Source of the DNA: Candidatus Multivoradales bacterium
GTDB taxonomy: Bacteria > Acidobacteriota > Thermoanaerobaculia > Multivoradales > JAHEKO01
Assembly (NCBI GenBank): GCA_965248055.1
Contig: CBDFIJ010000004.1
Span: 1,756,299-1,820,298, forward strand
Length of the DNA stretch: 64,000 nt
Direction of reading: 5' to 3'
The position numbers were made by a program, and so were the translations under genes. The stretch's first letter is position 1; each line of letters starts with the position of its first letter. Of this stretch, positions 1 through 9,120 are shown in pieces. Under the pieces are notes generated by a model. It was given only the letters and a program-made list of their open reading frames with translations. It made no database searches and had not been told where the DNA came from.

Positions 1-1010
1 TCGCTGCGAGCGAGTCGTTCGTGGTCCGGATGCGGATGCCCGATAAACCGATCGTGGTCCACGACTTAGTGCGTGGCGATGTCGAGTTTCCTCCCGAGGC
101 GGTCGACGACTTCATCCTGTTGCGCTCCGATGGCACCCCGACCTACCACTTGTCGGTGGTCAGCGATGACATCGACATGGGCGTGACGTTGGTCATGCGC
201 GGCGAAGATCATCTCTCCAACACCCCCAAGCACATCGCCCTGTTTCAAGGTCTGGGAGCGGAGTTGCCGCAGTTTGGTCACCTACCTCTCATCTTGGGGC
301 CCAACAAAAAGCGCCTCTCCAAACGTACCGGTGCCACCTCGGTCGAGGAATTTCGCGATCAGGGCATCTTGCCCCAAGCGCTTTACAACCACCTGGCGCT
401 ACTCGGTTGGTCCCCCGGCGACGACCGCGAAGTGATGACCCAGGAAGAGATGGTCGCCGCCTTCACCGTCGAGCGCCTCAACGACTCGGCAGCCGTCTTT
501 GACTACGAAAAACTCGCCTGGATCAATGGCAGAACGATCTCTTCTCTCGAATATGCAGATCTGCTCCCGCACCTCCAACCATTCTTGGAAGCGGCCGGGC
601 TGGCTGATGTCGACCCAACCAGACTGCAAGCAGTGGTCGACCTACAACGCACCCGGGCCTCCACCTTGGTCGAACTCGCTGAGCGCTCCGTTCCCTACTT
701 TATCGACCAACTCGACTACAACCCGGAAGCCTGCGCCAAATTCTGGAACGACCCAGAACTGAAATCTGAACTCGAGCAACTGACCGAACGCCTCGCCGCC
801 TTGCACCCCTGGACCGAAGAATCCATCGAGGCCACCCTGCGCACCTGCGCCGACGAGCTCGAAGTCAAAGCCGGCCGCCTCATCCACCCCGTGCGCATGG
901 CCTTAACCGAAGCCAAAGCCGGCCCGTCATTGTTCGCGTTGGTGGAGGTTATGGGGAAAGACGCCAGTCTCAAACACCTGCGTAACTTCTTAGCCGGCTG
1001 CGTCGGCTAG
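1..1010 (+). CDS. gltX: Glutamyl-tRNA synthetase, C-terminal part; the 5' end lies before the window
   Basis: The continuous ORF ends at 1010. It carries the class-I 'KLSKR' (KMSKS-type) motif in '...PNKKRLSKRTGAT...' and the GluRS-like segment 'HLSNTPKHIALFQGLG', followed by an anticodon-binding-like C-terminus. Confidence 0.8.
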   Translation, partial: AASESFVVRMRMPDKPIVVHDLVRGDVEFPPEAVDDFILLRSDGTPTYHLSVVSDDIDMGVTLVMRGEDHLSNTPKHIALFQGLGAELPQFGHLPLILGPNKKRLSKRTGATSVEEFRDQGILPQALYNHLALLGWSPGDDREVMTQEEMVAAFTVERLNDSAAVFDYEKLAWINGRTISSLEYADLLPHLQPFLEAAGLADVDPTRLQAVVDLQRTRASTLVELAERSVPYFIDQLDYNPEACAKFWNDPELKSELEQLTERLAALHPWTEESIEATLRTCADELEVKAGRLIHPVRMALTEAKAGPSLFALVEVMGKDASLKHLRNFLAGCVG

Positions 1011-1297
1011 GAATCAAAGAAAGTAAGCTGCACCGCCAAGCCATCTCAAAATAAGCGGGATCACAAAACACCCTTCAACTGACGATAGAAGTGGTCGTTT
1101 CGTTTGTGAAAGAGTTCCCTAAGCTCAGAAAGTTCCTCGGGAGTGTGCAACAGACCCCATAATTCCCAAGAGTCAGCAATGACTGTTGTAGAAAGCCTCG
1201 GTACTACTTTGTGCCTAAGATCCCACTCATCCAACCGACGCTCCGCATCTACCGCAACCCGCGTGGCTATGAATAATAGCGAGCTACAACGAATGAG

Positions 1298-1372
1298 TCG
1301 GCCGGAGGCAGGGATTAATGCACTAATTCGACAGGTCAGAGCTGTGTGTTCTACCACTGAATGACCTTCCAA
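1298..1372 (-). pseudogene. Degenerate tRNA-Gln-like remnant, about 78% identical to the tRNA-Gln at 5363..5437
   Basis: Direct alignment to the intact tRNA. The D-arm and the anticodon arm are retained, with the same CTCTGAC loop and compensatory stem changes. The T-arm (GTTCGAATC becomes an ATTAATCC-like sequence) and the acceptor stem no longer pair. Confidence 0.6.
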
Positions 1373-1828
1373 GCGCCGCGCGGACGAACCCGGACCGCGA
1401 ATACTCAGCAGCAACAAGAAAAGTGCCAAATGACCCGTTCCTCCCTCCGCACCTCAACCGTGTGGGTTCCAAGACTTCTAGCTCTAGCCCATATGTGCCC
1501 TTAGAACCTTCGTTGATTTGGCGCACATACGGATCGGCACTTCACCTTCTAGGGCGGGAGGTCAGCGCTGGCGCACAAGTTCGTCTATTCTTCTGGGGCC
1601 ACCAATCTTAACTTCTTGTGTTTCTTTCCAACATATGGATCGACCAACTCTGGGCATGCAACCGGGGGAGCACCCGCCCCATCAGGCCTCCGCCTAATGG
1701 GGCCTCTCAGGGGTACTGGACAAATACAACCTCTTGGCAGTACACCTTTCGTCGTGATGTTGTGATAAGATTTTTGACTACTAGGAAAACTAGTCGCCCA
1801 GGGGGCGCCGACCAAAAGGAGGGGTTTT

Positions 1829-2605
1829 ATGCGACTTTGTCTGGCCGGGCTGTTAACCATCGTGTTGATTGTGATGGTGCCGCACTTGGGCGCTTCCGCT
1901 CAAGAGGTTCCAATGGAGATTGATGCTCCTGCGGCCTCCGCGCAACGCTTGGGGGTCGTAGGCTACACGGGGTATCAACGCGATGGCACCAACTTTGTTA
2001 TCGAAGTTGAGACTAAGGCTGGCTTCTTTGACGTTGTGCTTTCGTATCTTGAAAACGGATCGACCGCTGTAAAAATAACCGATGGCCGAGACGTGTTAAT
2101 AATCGAATTCAACGGCCCGGAAGGTACCTTCTCGGTTGAGCATATCGGTTCGATGCGAGCCTATAAAAAGACCCTCGACAAGACAAGTAAGAAGTGGCGA
2201 GAACACCCTGGAAGCGACAAGGGCCTACTTCGTCGATTTGATAAGCTAATCAAGGTTGGTGCTGAAACGGCGGCTGCTGTTCAGAACAGCCTGCTCGTCG
2301 ACTTAGATGAGCGCTCGACCGCCGACAAAGAGAGTCGCGGCGTGAATACCACTTCGTCATTGTCGCAGGGCGGATGCTACATTCCATGCAACGGTCCATG
2401 GGTGCGGGGTAGCGCGTCCATTTATTGGACCCGCTCTGCGTGTTGTGCTTCAGCTTTACAAGATGCCCACAATCAATGTTGGACGCAGTACTGTATCGGC
2501 TGCTGCGAGTTGCGCTCATGTGATGCAGCCTGCGGCTTTGATGACTACTTTTGTGCGACCTGTGGGGTCTCCGGTAGAAATTGTGGATTGTTGTGTTGCA
2601 CCTAG
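1829..2605 (+). CDS. Secreted protein with a C-terminal domain very rich in cysteine
   Basis: Signal-peptide-like N-terminus (MRLCLAGLLTIVLIVMVPHLGASA) and an RBS 'aaggagg' 7 nt upstream. The last roughly 80 residues contain about 16 Cys, including CC, CxxC and CxxCC clusters. Confidence 0.65.
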   Translation: MRLCLAGLLTIVLIVMVPHLGASAQEVPMEIDAPAASAQRLGVVGYTGYQRDGTNFVIEVETKAGFFDVVLSYLENGSTAVKITDGRDVLIIEFNGPEGTFSVEHIGSMRAYKKTLDKTSKKWREHPGSDKGLLRRFDKLIKVGAETAAAVQNSLLVDLDERSTADKESRGVNTTSSLSQGGCYIPCNGPWVRGSASIYWTRSACCASALQDAHNQCWTQYCIGCCELRSCDAACGFDDYFCATCGVSGRNCGLLCCT

Positions 2606-2827
2606 TCAGGTGAATTTCGTTTTTCGCGGATTGTTGTGTTAGCTGCTGATATTGGTTTTACCGAAGTTGTCCTCGTGGTCTCGCTTGCGGTAGCGAAGCT
2701 GGGCTTATTTGCGGCCGTAGCGCTGTGGGTGGTCAGGGTGTTGAGAAAGAGAGGTTCGAGCCGAGAAAACCCTTGAGGCAAAGCGGTTTTTGCTGGGGTT
2801 CCTTCATTTGGCGCCGCTTGGGCCACC

Positions 2828-3196
2828 CTATATTTTTATTTTTCGGCGCCGATTTTCTTCGCGGCGCTTCTGTCTCTCCGGTGTATCTTCAAGCCGTTTT
2901 TCAAGGTGGTCGGCTAGTTCGCCGAAGACGTCATCAACTTTCTCAAATGGTATTTTTTTGATGAGAAGCTGCTTGCGAACCGCAGGGGGCGACAGGACCC
3001 AGGTGATTACTTGTTGGTCGTTCATGTTGGTCAAGCGAGTCAGGTCTTCACCCGAAAGGCCTTCGACCGCTTTTTCGTAGGCACCCTTAAACTCAGGGTC
3101 TTCAAGTTTCTCCAGAAGCTGTTTTGCTCCTTCGCGATTCTTTACTAGTTCGGCTGTTGTCGCTCCTGCTTCCTTCCATCCTCTACCTTGACTCAT
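2828..3196 (-). CDS. Hypothetical charged helical protein
   Basis: Clean 122-aa ORF with plausible coding composition. I did not recognise it. Confidence 0.45.
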   Translation of the reverse strand: MSQGRGWKEAGATTAELVKNREGAKQLLEKLEDPEFKGAYEKAVEGLSGEDLTRLTNMNDQQVITWVLSPPAVRKQLLIKKIPFEKVDDVFGELADHLEKRLEDTPERQKRREENRRRKIKI

Positions 3197-3296
3197 TTTT
3201 CACTACCTCTTCTTCCTGGGTTTCCCTGGGCCTAGGAGCTTGCTGAAAAACCCCACCACCGGACCATAACGATTCTATAATTGGGAATAGGAGATT

Positions 3297-4367
3297 TTGA
3301 TGCGTGGATCGGATCAAGGTCAGGGATCAATGTTCAGCTACGTTGACCTGGAACGGCGAATTCCTCGGTCTCATCCGTTGCGGCGGATCCGAAGTTTGAT
3401 GGACGAAGCTCTTGTAGAGCTATCGGAGCGTTTTGAGACGGTCTACGCTTCGAGTGGTCGTCCTTCGATTCCCCCCGAGCGTCTGCTCCGAGCATTGCTG
3501 CTTCAAGTGCTCTTCAGCGTGCGTAGTGAACGCCAGCTGATGGAGCAACTTGAGTACAACCTTCTATTTCGCTGGTTTGTCGGTCTTGGTATCGACGAGC
3601 GGGTGTGGGACGCGACGACGTTTTGCAAGAACCGAGAGCGCTTGCTCGAAGGTTCGATCGCGGAAGAACTGTTTGCAGCGGTGCTGTCTCAAGCCGAGGA
3701 CCGTGATCTGCTGTCACCGGATCACTTCAGCGTTGATGGCACACTGATCGAGGCTTGGGCTTCGCACAAGAGCTTTCGGCCAAAGGACGAAGAGGTTAAA
3801 CCTCTGGACGGTGGAGCGGACTTCCGAGGCCAGAAGCGGTTGAACCAAACGCACGCTTCGACGACCGACCCCGAGTCTCGGCTGTCGCGAAAAGGCCGTG
3901 GTAAGGAAGCAAAACTAAGCTACCGGGGCAACATTCTGGTCGAGAACCGGCACGGGATGATTGTCAACACCGAGGTCAACATCGTCACCGGCAACGGTGA
4001 GACAACAGCGGCTCTGGCCATGCTGGAGCAGCGGGCTAGCAATCATCGCGTCACGGTGGGTGCTGACAAGGGCTATGACAACCGAGCGTTTGTAGAGAAT
4101 GCGAGGAAGCTGAATGCGACACCTCACGTAGCGCAAAGCACCAAGAATCGCCGCAGCCGGATTGACCGACGCACCACTCGCCACGCAGGTTACGAGATCA
4201 GCTTGGCGAGACGACCCAGAGTCGAGGCACCCTTCGGCTGGCTCAAACAGTACGGACTGCAACGCAGACCGATGTTTCGAGGCGTAGCCCGCATCGGTTG
4301 GTCTTTCACTTTTGCGGCAACAGCGTTTAACTTGCTCCGAATAGCCAATCTGAGCGCGCCAACATGA
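3297..4367 (+). CDS. IS5/IS1182-type DDE transposase
   Basis: N-terminal 'LLRALLLQVLFSVRSERQLMEQLEYNLLFRWFVGL' and the typical IS5-family DDE organisation. I could not define terminal inverted repeats. Confidence 0.75.
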   Translation: MMRGSDQGQGSMFSYVDLERRIPRSHPLRRIRSLMDEALVELSERFETVYASSGRPSIPPERLLRALLLQVLFSVRSERQLMEQLEYNLLFRWFVGLGIDERVWDATTFCKNRERLLEGSIAEELFAAVLSQAEDRDLLSPDHFSVDGTLIEAWASHKSFRPKDEEVKPLDGGADFRGQKRLNQTHASTTDPESRLSRKGRGKEAKLSYRGNILVENRHGMIVNTEVNIVTGNGETTAALAMLEQRASNHRVTVGADKGYDNRAFVENARKLNATPHVAQSTKNRRSRIDRRTTRHAGYEISLARRPRVEAPFGWLKQYGLQRRPMFRGVARIGWSFTFAATAFNLLRIANLSAPT

Positions 4368-4648
4368 CGAATTTCTATCCCAAGTGCTCCTCAAATCGCT
4401 CGAATCACCCGGTAGGGCGAATCGAAGAGCTGACCCAAGGGGTCACCAACACCCTCAACTCGCCAGCCACCTTGATTCGTCTCCACATTCAAAGTACTTC
4501 GACCGTTATGACCACTGAAATTAGCTCCGTTGCCCTTTTTTCAGCAGGCTGCTAGGGCACCGCAGCTCGACCTCGGGCCTGGTTCATCCCGCTGTTACTG
4601 TACCCCTCAGCCCTCCACCACGACAACCTGGGGCGGTAGAATCTAGTA

Positions 4649-4888
4649 ATGACCAAGGCTGAACTGAGCAAGGCGGCGATGAACCTCTCCCCTGCCGAGC
4701 GGTTTGAACTGGCACAGAGACTTTGGGAAAGCCTAGAGCCAAACAAAGAAGACGGTGCGATTCCATTCTATGAATGGCAGCGAGAAGCGATCGATCTGGC
4801 GCTTACCAACTACGAGGCCAACCCCGACTCTGCCGTTCCCGCTGAAGAAGCCGAAGCCGAGATTCGAACTCGACTCGGCCTCGAATGA
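4649..4888 (+). CDS. Type II antitoxin of the 'putative addiction module component' family
   Basis: 'MNLSPAERFELAQRLWESL' signature. Its stop overlaps the start of the downstream toxin ORF (ATGA). Confidence 0.7.
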   Translation: MTKAELSKAAMNLSPAERFELAQRLWESLEPNKEDGAIPFYEWQREAIDLALTNYEANPDSAVPAEEAEAEIRTRLGLE

Positions 4889-5184
4889 ATTCACTCTTTG
4901 CCCAAGAAGCACTCGACGATATCGAACGCGCGGCAACCTATTATCTTGAGAGCGCCAGCAAGGCCGTCGCCTCTGCTTTCTTTCGTGGCCTAACCGAAGC
5001 GCGATCGTTTGTGGAGGACCATCCACTCGGCGCTCCTCTGCTCTTTCTCCAAGTTCGCCGCAAGCGGCTCACCAAGTTTCCTTTTCTGCTGTTCTACGTC
5101 GCTGAACCGGACCGCGTGGTCATCCTGCGAGTTCTCCACTCCGCCCAAGATCCTGCACGCTGGCCGATCACGGATCGAAAATGA
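4885..5184 (+). CDS. RelE/ParE-family toxin
   Basis: 99 aa and translationally coupled to the antitoxin, with a ParE/RelE-like C-terminus 'VVILRVLHSAQD'. Confidence 0.65.
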   Translation: MNSLFAQEALDDIERAATYYLESASKAVASAFFRGLTEARSFVEDHPLGAPLLFLQVRRKRLTKFPFLLFYVAEPDRVVILRVLHSAQDPARWPITDRK

Positions 5185-5288
5185 GTCGTCGCAAAAACTA
5201 CTAAATCGATTACCCGATCTGGGATTGAGTTACACGAGCTGCTAGTTGAGCTCCCTAAAGACTTTTGAGAATCAGGGATTCGCTCCAA

Positions 5289-5307
5289 GCCGGTCCGCCG
5301 CTGGCGG
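5289..5307 (-). terminator. GC-rich hairpin (8-bp stem GGTCCGCC/GGCGGACC) downstream of tRNA-Gln, with no U-tract
   Basis: A perfect inverted repeat is visible in the sequence. Calling it a terminator is tentative. Confidence 0.25.
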
Positions 5308-5362
5308 ACCGAGCACGACCGAACCCTGGCTACCAGCAACGACTGAGCTGAAAGCGAAGGAA

Positions 5363-5437
5363 TGGCTGGGAGGCAGGGATTCGAACCCCGATTCTACGGG
5401 TCAGAGCCGTATGTCCTACCATTGAACGACCTCCCAA
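5363..5437 (-). tRNA. tRNA-Gln, anticodon CTG
   Basis: The reverse complement folds as a cloverleaf: acceptor UGGGAGG/CCUCCCA plus G and CCA, D-arm AGUGGUAG-like, anticodon stem UACGG/CCGUA with loop CUCUGAC, and T-loop GGTTCGAATCC. It matches bacterial tRNA-Gln, which starts UGGGG and ends CCCCAGCCA. Confidence 0.9.
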
Positions 5438-5446
5438 CACCGGTTG

Positions 5447-5482
5447 GTGAAGCTAGCAGATGGGGAGAAAGAGGGTCAATTA
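5447..5482 (-). promoter_or_regulatory. Putative sigma70-type promoter for tRNA-Gln: TTGACC, then 18 nt, then TAGCTT, with an upstream A/T tract
   Basis: Read on the minus strand just 5' of the mature tRNA end. This is by eye only. Confidence 0.3.
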
Positions 5483-5812
5483 AAAAATGTTGACTCAGCT
5501 CGTCGAGCACTTCAATGGCTTTGATTCACTCGGGCAGTTCTCGTTCCCTTTGGTTAATACTTCTTACCCCCCAGCAAAAATTCGTTCCTACCGTCACAAC
5601 TGGGTGTACGTCAGATTTGTGAGATGAGCGTTGGGTGTGGCGATTGCTAGGCGGATTTGCGCGCTGGCGATGAGGGGTTCCAGAAGCGGTCGAACGCCAG
5701 CTCAATGCCGATCTCTCGGATCACTTGGGTGCGACGACGCCCTGCGGCGGTGGAAAGTCGGCTCGTTATGCGGGACGTCGCTCCAAACACTTCCAGACCG
5801 CCTCGGGGCCAA

Positions 5813-6226
5813 TCAGCTCGTCGACTTCTGCTGTGACCTCGGTCTCGAGGATCGTCTGGAGCCCTTTTTTTTCTCCGCGTTTGTGCTTTCAAACTCGGGG
5901 TCGGTCAGCTCTGCATCGGCCAATTGCTCACAAGCCTGCCAATAAGCCTCCAGGTGCTGGCGAAACTTTCGACCTACGGCGATCTGTTGGCTTACTCTTT
6001 CGGCCTGTTGCGCCGTCAGACGCCGCGATTGTGTCCGGCCCCCCACCGCGCGAGTGAGGCTGAAGTAGGGACCGTGGCGGGCTTCTTCACTGCTGGCGCA
6101 CTTACAGTTTGACTTGCCACACTTGAGAAAGCGCTCTCCGAGCGAGCCTCGTCGCATCGGCTTGGGGTGGCTGAAGCTCTCGACCACCTTTCGGACTGTT
6201 TCGGGGATCATTTTGGGTTTCGCCAT
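5813..6226 (-). CDS. Small basic zinc-ribbon protein (Cys-x4-Cys and 'HGPYFSLTR' motif), function unknown
   Basis: The start at MAKPK has an RBS 'aggagg' 7 nt upstream. The motif is 'CGKSNCKC...HGPYF'. Confidence 0.55.
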   Translation of the reverse strand: MAKPKMIPETVRKVVESFSHPKPMRRGSLGERFLKCGKSNCKCASSEEARHGPYFSLTRAVGGRTQSRRLTAQQAERVSQQIAVGRKFRQHLEAYWQACEQLADAELTDPEFESTNAEKKKGSRRSSRPRSQQKSTS

Positions 6227-6496
6227 GGCGTCCTCCTGTCGGCTATAATAGCCGACAGATAGATCCCCATGCAACCCAAGTCGCTTGAACATTCTCAGCT
6301 TCTCACACTGATGTCGTACACCCGTCACAACTTTGCGCCTTCACGAGATAGCTTTTTTCAAGTACGCTTTATCTCTGCATTCGTTGACTGAGCGGTGTCA
6401 ACCTAGGTTGTCGCTAATGTAGGGGCAACCTCCGATACGAATGATCCCGTAGCGAAAATATCGCTGCTTAGACCGTTCTAAAAGGAACTCTCCATC

Positions 6497-7213
6497 GTGC
6501 CCAAAGACACTCCTAACCCAAAAGCCAGTCAGGCTGTCACCGCTCTCGACTCCCGTTGTGACAGCGATGATAGTCGTTCTAATTGTTCGGCACCAACAGG
6601 TTCTCTCCATAGAGAAACACGTTGCTTAACTTGTTGCACACTTATTGAGCCCGGAGCAACAAAGTGCATCCACTGCAACAGCTACCAAAACTACAAAAGA
6701 TACTTTTCAATTGGGCTACCCTTCTTGTCGCTTCTGGTTGCTCTAGCTTCAGTTTTCACCGTTATGATTTCCGAAGTTAGCAAGCTTCCGAGGTCTGAAG
6801 TTCAGATTCGGGTAGTCAAAGTGGAAGTTCGAGACTTTCCCGAGAACTCTCGAAGCACATACGTCCGCCTTTGGATGCAGAACCGCGGAAATCGGCCAGC
6901 AACTGTTCGCAGTATTCACGTTGCTTGGAAGAGCGCTGAGCAGAAAAATAACACCCTGCGCAATCCTGACTACTTCAACGTAGAGACTGCTACCCATCCA
7001 TATCCAGATGGTGGCCGCGCTATTCCGATTGTGCTCTTGTCCGGTGTGACGGGCGTCTTTGAGGTAGTCTGGGAAAGTCATGAAGAGATAATAGAAACCA
7101 CCCCTTGTAGAGTCAGACTTCAAGTACTCAACTGGCGTGGTCAAGCGGAAAAGATGGAACTAGATTGCTGGTCTTGGGGTCACGATGTGGATTCCGATGT
7201 CTGGTCAAGCTAG
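6497..7213 (+). CDS. Low-GC hypothetical protein: a cytoplasmic Zn-ribbon (CLTCC...CIHC), one transmembrane helix and an extracytoplasmic domain
   Basis: GTG start. The composition is well below the window average. The domain order was read directly from the translation. Confidence 0.5.
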   Translation: MPKDTPNPKASQAVTALDSRCDSDDSRSNCSAPTGSLHRETRCLTCCTLIEPGATKCIHCNSYQNYKRYFSIGLPFLSLLVALASVFTVMISEVSKLPRSEVQIRVVKVEVRDFPENSRSTYVRLWMQNRGNRPATVRSIHVAWKSAEQKNNTLRNPDYFNVETATHPYPDGGRAIPIVLLSGVTGVFEVVWESHEEIIETTPCRVRLQVLNWRGQAEKMELDCWSWGHDVDSDVWSS

Positions 7214-7405
7214 AGTGAAATCGTCCTGTGTTCGCAGTTAGGCCACTGTTGTGGAGGCAGAGCCCGGGGCGAAGCTCCAAGATTTTGGGCGTTTGTTTTC
7301 TTGACCCCATCAGGCGGTGGAAAAACCAAGGAAGGAGGCCCTATCTGCCAACGTAGCTGAGACACTTGGCCCCCTGATAATTAGAGGGCGGAAGGAGGTT
7401 TCAGT

Positions 7406-7885
7406 ATGTTTCAGAATCAGCCCATATTGCCCGTCTCGCCGAAGGCGACCGAGGAGCGTAGCGACGAGGGATCCGGAGGGGAGACGGCGCAGTTGTCCTC
7501 GACCCCCGAATCGGTACCCGACCCTGAGATCGAGGCTCGACCCGCCAGACGGCGGTTTACGGCAAAGTACAAGCTGGCGATCTTGGAGCAGGCCGACGCT
7601 TGCTCCAGCCGAGAGGAGGTCGGGTCCCTGTTGCGCCGGGAGGGTCTCTACTCATCTCATCTATCTAACTGGCGCCTAGCTCGGCGACGGGGATCGCTTG
7701 CCGCGCTAGGCAAGAGGCGCGGACGCAAACCCAAAAGGCACCCGTTGGAAAGCAAGGTTGCTCGACTAGAGCGGGAGAAGACTCGGCTTGAGAACGAATT
7801 GCACAGGGCACAGCTGATCATCGATGTGCAAAGAAAAGTAGCCGGGCTGCTGGGTATCCCCTCAGAGGGCGAGAAGAACTCGTGA
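7406..7885 (+). CDS. IS3-family transposase OrfA, with a helix-turn-helix and a leucine zipper
   Basis: 'RRFTAKYKLAILEQAD...' is a typical IS3 OrfA. Its stop overlaps the orfB start. Confidence 0.75.
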   Translation: MFQNQPILPVSPKATEERSDEGSGGETAQLSSTPESVPDPEIEARPARRRFTAKYKLAILEQADACSSREEVGSLLRREGLYSSHLSNWRLARRRGSLAALGKRRGRKPKRHPLESKVARLEREKTRLENELHRAQLIIDVQRKVAGLLGIPSEGEKNS

Positions 7886-8895
7886 AAGCGGCCAGGACGC
7901 TGGCTCCGTGGGTCGGTATCGCACCGGCCTGCCGGAGCCTGAGCGTCAGTCGTGCAACGTTCTATCGTCGGCTTCGGCCGAGATCAACCGAGCCTCAGCA
8001 GCCTCGACCGACTCCAGCTCGGGCACTGACAGTCAGCGAAAAACAACAGGTCCTTGACCTACTCAACGGGCCGCGCTTTGTCGACGCTGCACCGGCGGCC
8101 GTGGTGGCCACCCTTCTCGACGAAGAACGCTATCTGTGCTCGGAGCGCACCATGTACCGACTCCTGGCAGCTGAGAAGACGTTGCAGGAGAGACGGCGCC
8201 AACGCCGCCATCCGGTCTATACCAAGCCAGAGCTACTCGCCACAGCGGCAAACCAAGTCTGGAGCTGGGATATCACCCGGCTGCGAGGTCCGCAGCCGGG
8301 ATGGTGGTTCTATCTCTACGTTGTCCTCGATATCTTCAGCCGCTATGTGGTCGGCTGGATGCTCGCCGAGCACGAACGCGAGGCCTTAGCCCAAAGGCTT
8401 CTCAAGGAGACCTCAACCAAGCAAGGCATTCCCAAGAATCAGCTAACCCTACACAGTGATCGGGGCTCGCCGATGACCGCCAAGGACACCGGACGACTCC
8501 TCGTACGGCTTGGTATCTCTCAGTCGTTCTCGCGGCCTCGCATCTCCAACGATAATCCCTTCTCCGAAGCCCAATTCAAGACCCTCAAGTATCACCCGAG
8601 CTTTCCCGATCGGTTCGGCTCGATCGAGGACGCTATCGCCTTTTGCAGGTCGTTCATTATCTGGTACAACACCCAGCACCGTCACGCCGGCATCGCCATG
8701 CTGACACCCGAAGATGTCCACTACGGCAAGGCCGACCACAAGCTCAAGATCCGTCAACTAGCCCTCGATGAAGCCTGGCGAAACAACCCGCAGCGCTTTG
8801 TCCGAGGAAGACCGACCATTCAGCTACTACCCAGAGCCGTATGGATCAATCCACCCGAACGTCAACATGCCAAGGAGGTCGTCCCGATACACTAA
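7882..8895 (+). CDS. IS3-family transposase OrfB, with a DDE integrase core
   Basis: 'WSWDITRLRG...YLYVVLDIFSRYVVGW...HSDRGSPMTA...YNTQHRHAGI' is an rve-type catalytic core. Confidence 0.85.
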   Translation: MKAARTLAPWVGIAPACRSLSVSRATFYRRLRPRSTEPQQPRPTPARALTVSEKQQVLDLLNGPRFVDAAPAAVVATLLDEERYLCSERTMYRLLAAEKTLQERRRQRRHPVYTKPELLATAANQVWSWDITRLRGPQPGWWFYLYVVLDIFSRYVVGWMLAEHEREALAQRLLKETSTKQGIPKNQLTLHSDRGSPMTAKDTGRLLVRLGISQSFSRPRISNDNPFSEAQFKTLKYHPSFPDRFGSIEDAIAFCRSFIIWYNTQHRHAGIAMLTPEDVHYGKADHKLKIRQLALDEAWRNNPQRFVRGRPTIQLLPRAVWINPPERQHAKEVVPIH

Positions 8896-9120
8896 TTAAT
8901 TCTGCCAACTGTCTCAAAGTTGTTGACAGGTTCCGAGGAGCCAAGAGGCAATCTAGAATCAAACCGCCAGGGAAACGCTTCCAGCGTTAATACTGTGTTT
9001 GTACACGCAGCCGAAAAAGAATTTGGCGTTGGACGAATTGCTATCGGCGCAAAGGTTCAGACACTGAATGGCCGCTGGAATGAGTGCTTTGATAATTTCT
9101 CAGCGTCCGTCAGGTAAGCA

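Larger units (their letters stand above)
7357..8916 (+). mobile_element. IS3-family insertion sequence of about 1.56 kb
   Basis: Terminal inverted repeats TGAGACAcTTGGC... at 7357 and ...GCCAAcTGTCTCA at 8916. It contains orfA and orfB. No target-site duplication was found. Confidence 0.7.

Noticed and set aside
3200-4420. Terminal inverted repeats and target-site duplication for the IS5-type transposase gene
   Set aside because: I could not identify a convincing inverted-repeat pair flanking 3297..4367 by eye, so only the CDS is reported.
5185-5362. Long ORFs on both strands between the toxin gene and tRNA-Gln (for example 5094..5339 minus)
   Set aside because: They overlap the toxin gene's 3' end in other frames and contain the strong GC hairpin. 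No ribosome-binding site or recognisable motifs are present.
7350-8920. Target-site duplication for the IS3 element
   Set aside because: The flanks (..tagc on the left, aagt.. on the right) do not match at 3 or 4 bp under any boundary choice consistent with the inverted repeats. It is reported as absent.
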